A stretch of DNA of 64,000 nucleotides from Reclinomonas americana ATCC 50394. Taxonomy: Eukaryota. Position 1 is the first letter of the stretch; each line of letters starts with the position of its first letter. Below, piece after piece: positions 61,478-64,000 of this stretch. The notes below the pieces were generated by a model that saw only the letters and a list, made by a program, of their open reading frames with translations, was not told the origin of the DNA and did no database searches. The position numbers and the translations under genes were made by a program. Location of the stretch: positions 1 through 64,000 of the forward strand of contig PS015134.1 of assembly GCA_048213135.1 (NCBI GenBank). The letters are read 5' to 3'.

Positions 61478-62385
61478 GANNNNNNNNNNNNNNNNNNNNG
61501 AGAGAGAGAGAGAGAGAGAGAGAGAGACAAGCACATCCATACAGAGATGCTCACCTGCCGAGTTGCGATTCGAGTATGGGTCCATGTAGATGGCACCAAT
61601 GGTCACAAAAATCATCAGGAAAATGGCCACGAAACGGAAAATGGCCATGGCAATCTGCGAAGAAGCTAGTGTGAGGGCGCGCGATCAACACACGCTGCGG
61701 CCTGAGACACACAAACAGACCTGCACGATTTTCTGCTCGTGCAACTCCATGCACGTGAGCGGCACGACCACAAGGCCGAAAATCGCCACGTACACCAGAT
61801 AGTGGCCGAGACACGGCCACGACGAGTCCGTGTACACATCGCACGTGGACCACGTCTCTCCGTTGATGGAGATGGGGAACGGAATATTGGCCGTCACCGA
61901 CTGACCAAACACGGCGGCGTAGGACCACAACGCCCCGTACATGTACAACGAGATGCACACCTCGTACATGATCTTGCCCCACTGACCGAGGAAGAGCAGG
62001 CAGAGCGAGTTCATCTCGATTCTGGGTGCGATAGTGAGGCACCAAGATACACACAACGAGCAGATGCTCAAGTGACAACGAAACTTTCTCGCCAGGTCAT
62101 ACTGCGGTGATCCGACAGCCGCCTCGCCACCATCCTTGCCACTTCTGGCCACCATAGGTTCTCTGCTTTTAACGGGGGGCAGAGCAAGAAACGCTTCAAT
62201 CTCTGCACGCAGTGAAGAAGAGGGCGGAGGATGGACAGAGACTAACCCACTATCCAAGTCCACATGCAGCATGGCATTGGCTCGTGTCAGAGACTCCAAA
62301 ATCCACTGGGTGGTGATGTAGGCAATCACGCTGACGGCCACCATGAAGAACGGACCAGAGAGGAGACCTCCTTCCTGCATGCGCA

Positions 62386-62478
<93 letters not shown>

Positions 62479-62481
62479 CAC

Positions 62482-62529
<48 letters not shown>

Positions 62530-62711
62530 TACGACTACACTACGACGACCGTACGACGTACGTACGTACGACGACGANNNNNNNNNNNNNNNNNNNNACA
62601 CAGCGACAGCACGAACTAGCAATACATCACACCTCGGAATAGCATGCGGCGACACCGACGAATAGCCAACCTACCACCTCGCCACCACGTACGTGAGCAC
62701 ACACACTCTCT

Positions 62712-62765
<54 letters not shown>

Positions 62766-62991
62766 CAGCGCAACAGAATGTAGTTGAGGATGAAACAGTA
62801 GCCAGTGAAGCTCCCGTACAAGCCACCGACCTGCACACAACACTCATTCAGCACACTCACACACACTCACACTCACTCTCTTATGTTCTCTCAACTGGAA
62901 CAGTGGCTTCAGTGGGCGCTGTGCGAGACCGTGGTGAGTCGCTGACACCACCAGCGGTGCTCGAGAGCAAGCGTGAGCGCTCGTCGAGCAT
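60509..62991 (-). CDS. Amino-acid transporter, Aa_trans/SLC38 superfamily (TMEM104-like), probably lysosomal/vacuolar
   Basis: MLDERSRLL (a [DE]xxxLL sorting motif), GYCFILNYI, AYITTQWILESLTRANA, EMNSLCLLFLG, YMYGALWSYAAVFGQS, YSQIMHHSVPGL, VVLFPAIDVVSAFPLNALTLGNNL, multiple TM helices. One exon near the 62578-62597 gap is unresolved. Confidence 0.88.
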
Positions 62992-63085
62992 TTTATGTTC
63001 AAGTCCTGCAGCTGTCTGAGCGTCGACGTCTTCGATATCGGAGAAGCAACCAGGCAGCCAGGTGGATGTTGATGCTGAAGTTTAC

Positions 63086-63920
63086 TCATATCTTCAACCC
63101 CGATGTGCAGTCGCCGCTCGTCGCACACGCGGTCGCCGTCGACGTGGCCACCACGCCACTCTTTGGTACACACTGTTTTGTCGACGTAGTGAATGTCCAC
63201 GATCCGCACGCAGTCAACTGCGAGCACCACAGCGAGCATGCTTGTGGCCCAGTTGTTGTCTTAATGGCCCACGTGAGATCGCCGCCGGGTCGGTCTGCAT
63301 ACCAACAAGAAGCCACATCAGTCACGAATCCCTCATCTCTCATCTTCCGAAGAGCATTCACACTCACCGGTGCTGGTCTGGAACCCGCTGCTGTCATACG
63401 CCACCACACTCGTCTTGCGTCCCGACACCAAGCAGAAATGCGAGCCACACACGTTGCTGGTTTCTGAATTGGCGGCTACAGCCGGCACGGTGCTCTGCGT
63501 GCAACTGTAGTGAGCTAGTCGATTCCTCACAAGTTCCTGCTTATTACCGATCACGTGCCTTCAACGTGCACACACTCACTCCATACGTATTCGATGCCGC
63601 AGCAGCATCCAGGAACGTCCACGATCGACACAGTGAGGACTGGTCACATAATTCACAACACCCGACCTCGCTGGCAACAGAAGGCATCACAGCCAGGATC
63701 GCGCCGCCAGGTCGATCAACTGCCTCGAACTGGCACACTTCCAACGCCGCTGCTCGATTTGACGGAGATTGAGACGCCGATGGCCGACAACGGTGCACAG
63801 TGCGGAATCTCAACGCAACGAGCCACAATTCCATTCTGTACTGTTGCACAACCAGTATTCGTTGCTGTACACGCACAGCAATCACCGTCAGCATCGCATC
63901 TCTCTGACTGACACCCACAG
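63086..63920 (-). CDS. 3' part of a secreted-type Cys-rich protein with two PAN/Apple domains (5' end beyond the window)
   Basis: Two DRPGG(A/D)..C..C....C.SWTF....C..K modules in spliced exons, plus an upstream Cys-rich exon CGCQSERCDADGDCCAC. Stop at 63086. Confidence 0.75.
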
Positions 63921-64000
63921 CTGCGCAGAACGTGCGAGCCTAACGAGGAAATGAACATGACTGAGTGAAAGACACAGCACCCGACCACTTTCTCTTCCGT

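Noticed and set aside
1-64000. CRISPR arrays, rRNA/tRNA genes, transposases, prokaryotic operons
   Set aside because: None seen. Repeats are microsatellites or two-copy duplications, and the gene structure is spliceosomal.

Overview
Gene-dense, GC-rich, intron-rich eukaryotic (protist-like) genomic DNA with many microsatellite-filled introns and N gaps. The organism cannot be identified from the sequence alone. About 13-14 protein genes are supportable: an intronless HAD-like hydrolase, an intronless secreted Cys/EGF-rich protein, a divergent RME-8/DNAJC13, a GH92 alpha-mannosidase, ataxin-2/Pbp1, a beta-propeller + coiled-coil protein, a myristoylation-motif polyQ protein, a small ARM-like protein, a full-length IP3 receptor, an intronless WD40 protein, a Kelch protein, a GT37-like fucosyltransferase, a TMEM104-like amino-acid transporter and a partial PAN/Apple protein. 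Manual splicing gives the most striking signals. (1) Tiny microexons (4, 6, 9 nt, and probably 3 nt) rebuild conserved motifs. (2) Many introns use a 5' splice site GTTGCG/GTTGAG, which is the usual GTGCG/GTGAG with one extra T. (3) The IP3 receptor's GGGxGD selectivity filter reads GASFFE. (4) The RME-8 lacks both its J domain and its GYF_2 domain. (5) The 5' end of ataxin-2 is tandemly duplicated with a 4-bp junction microhomology. All gene models were spliced by eye and all family comparisons are from memory; nothing was run computationally. No rRNA, tRNA, CRISPR or transposase was seen.
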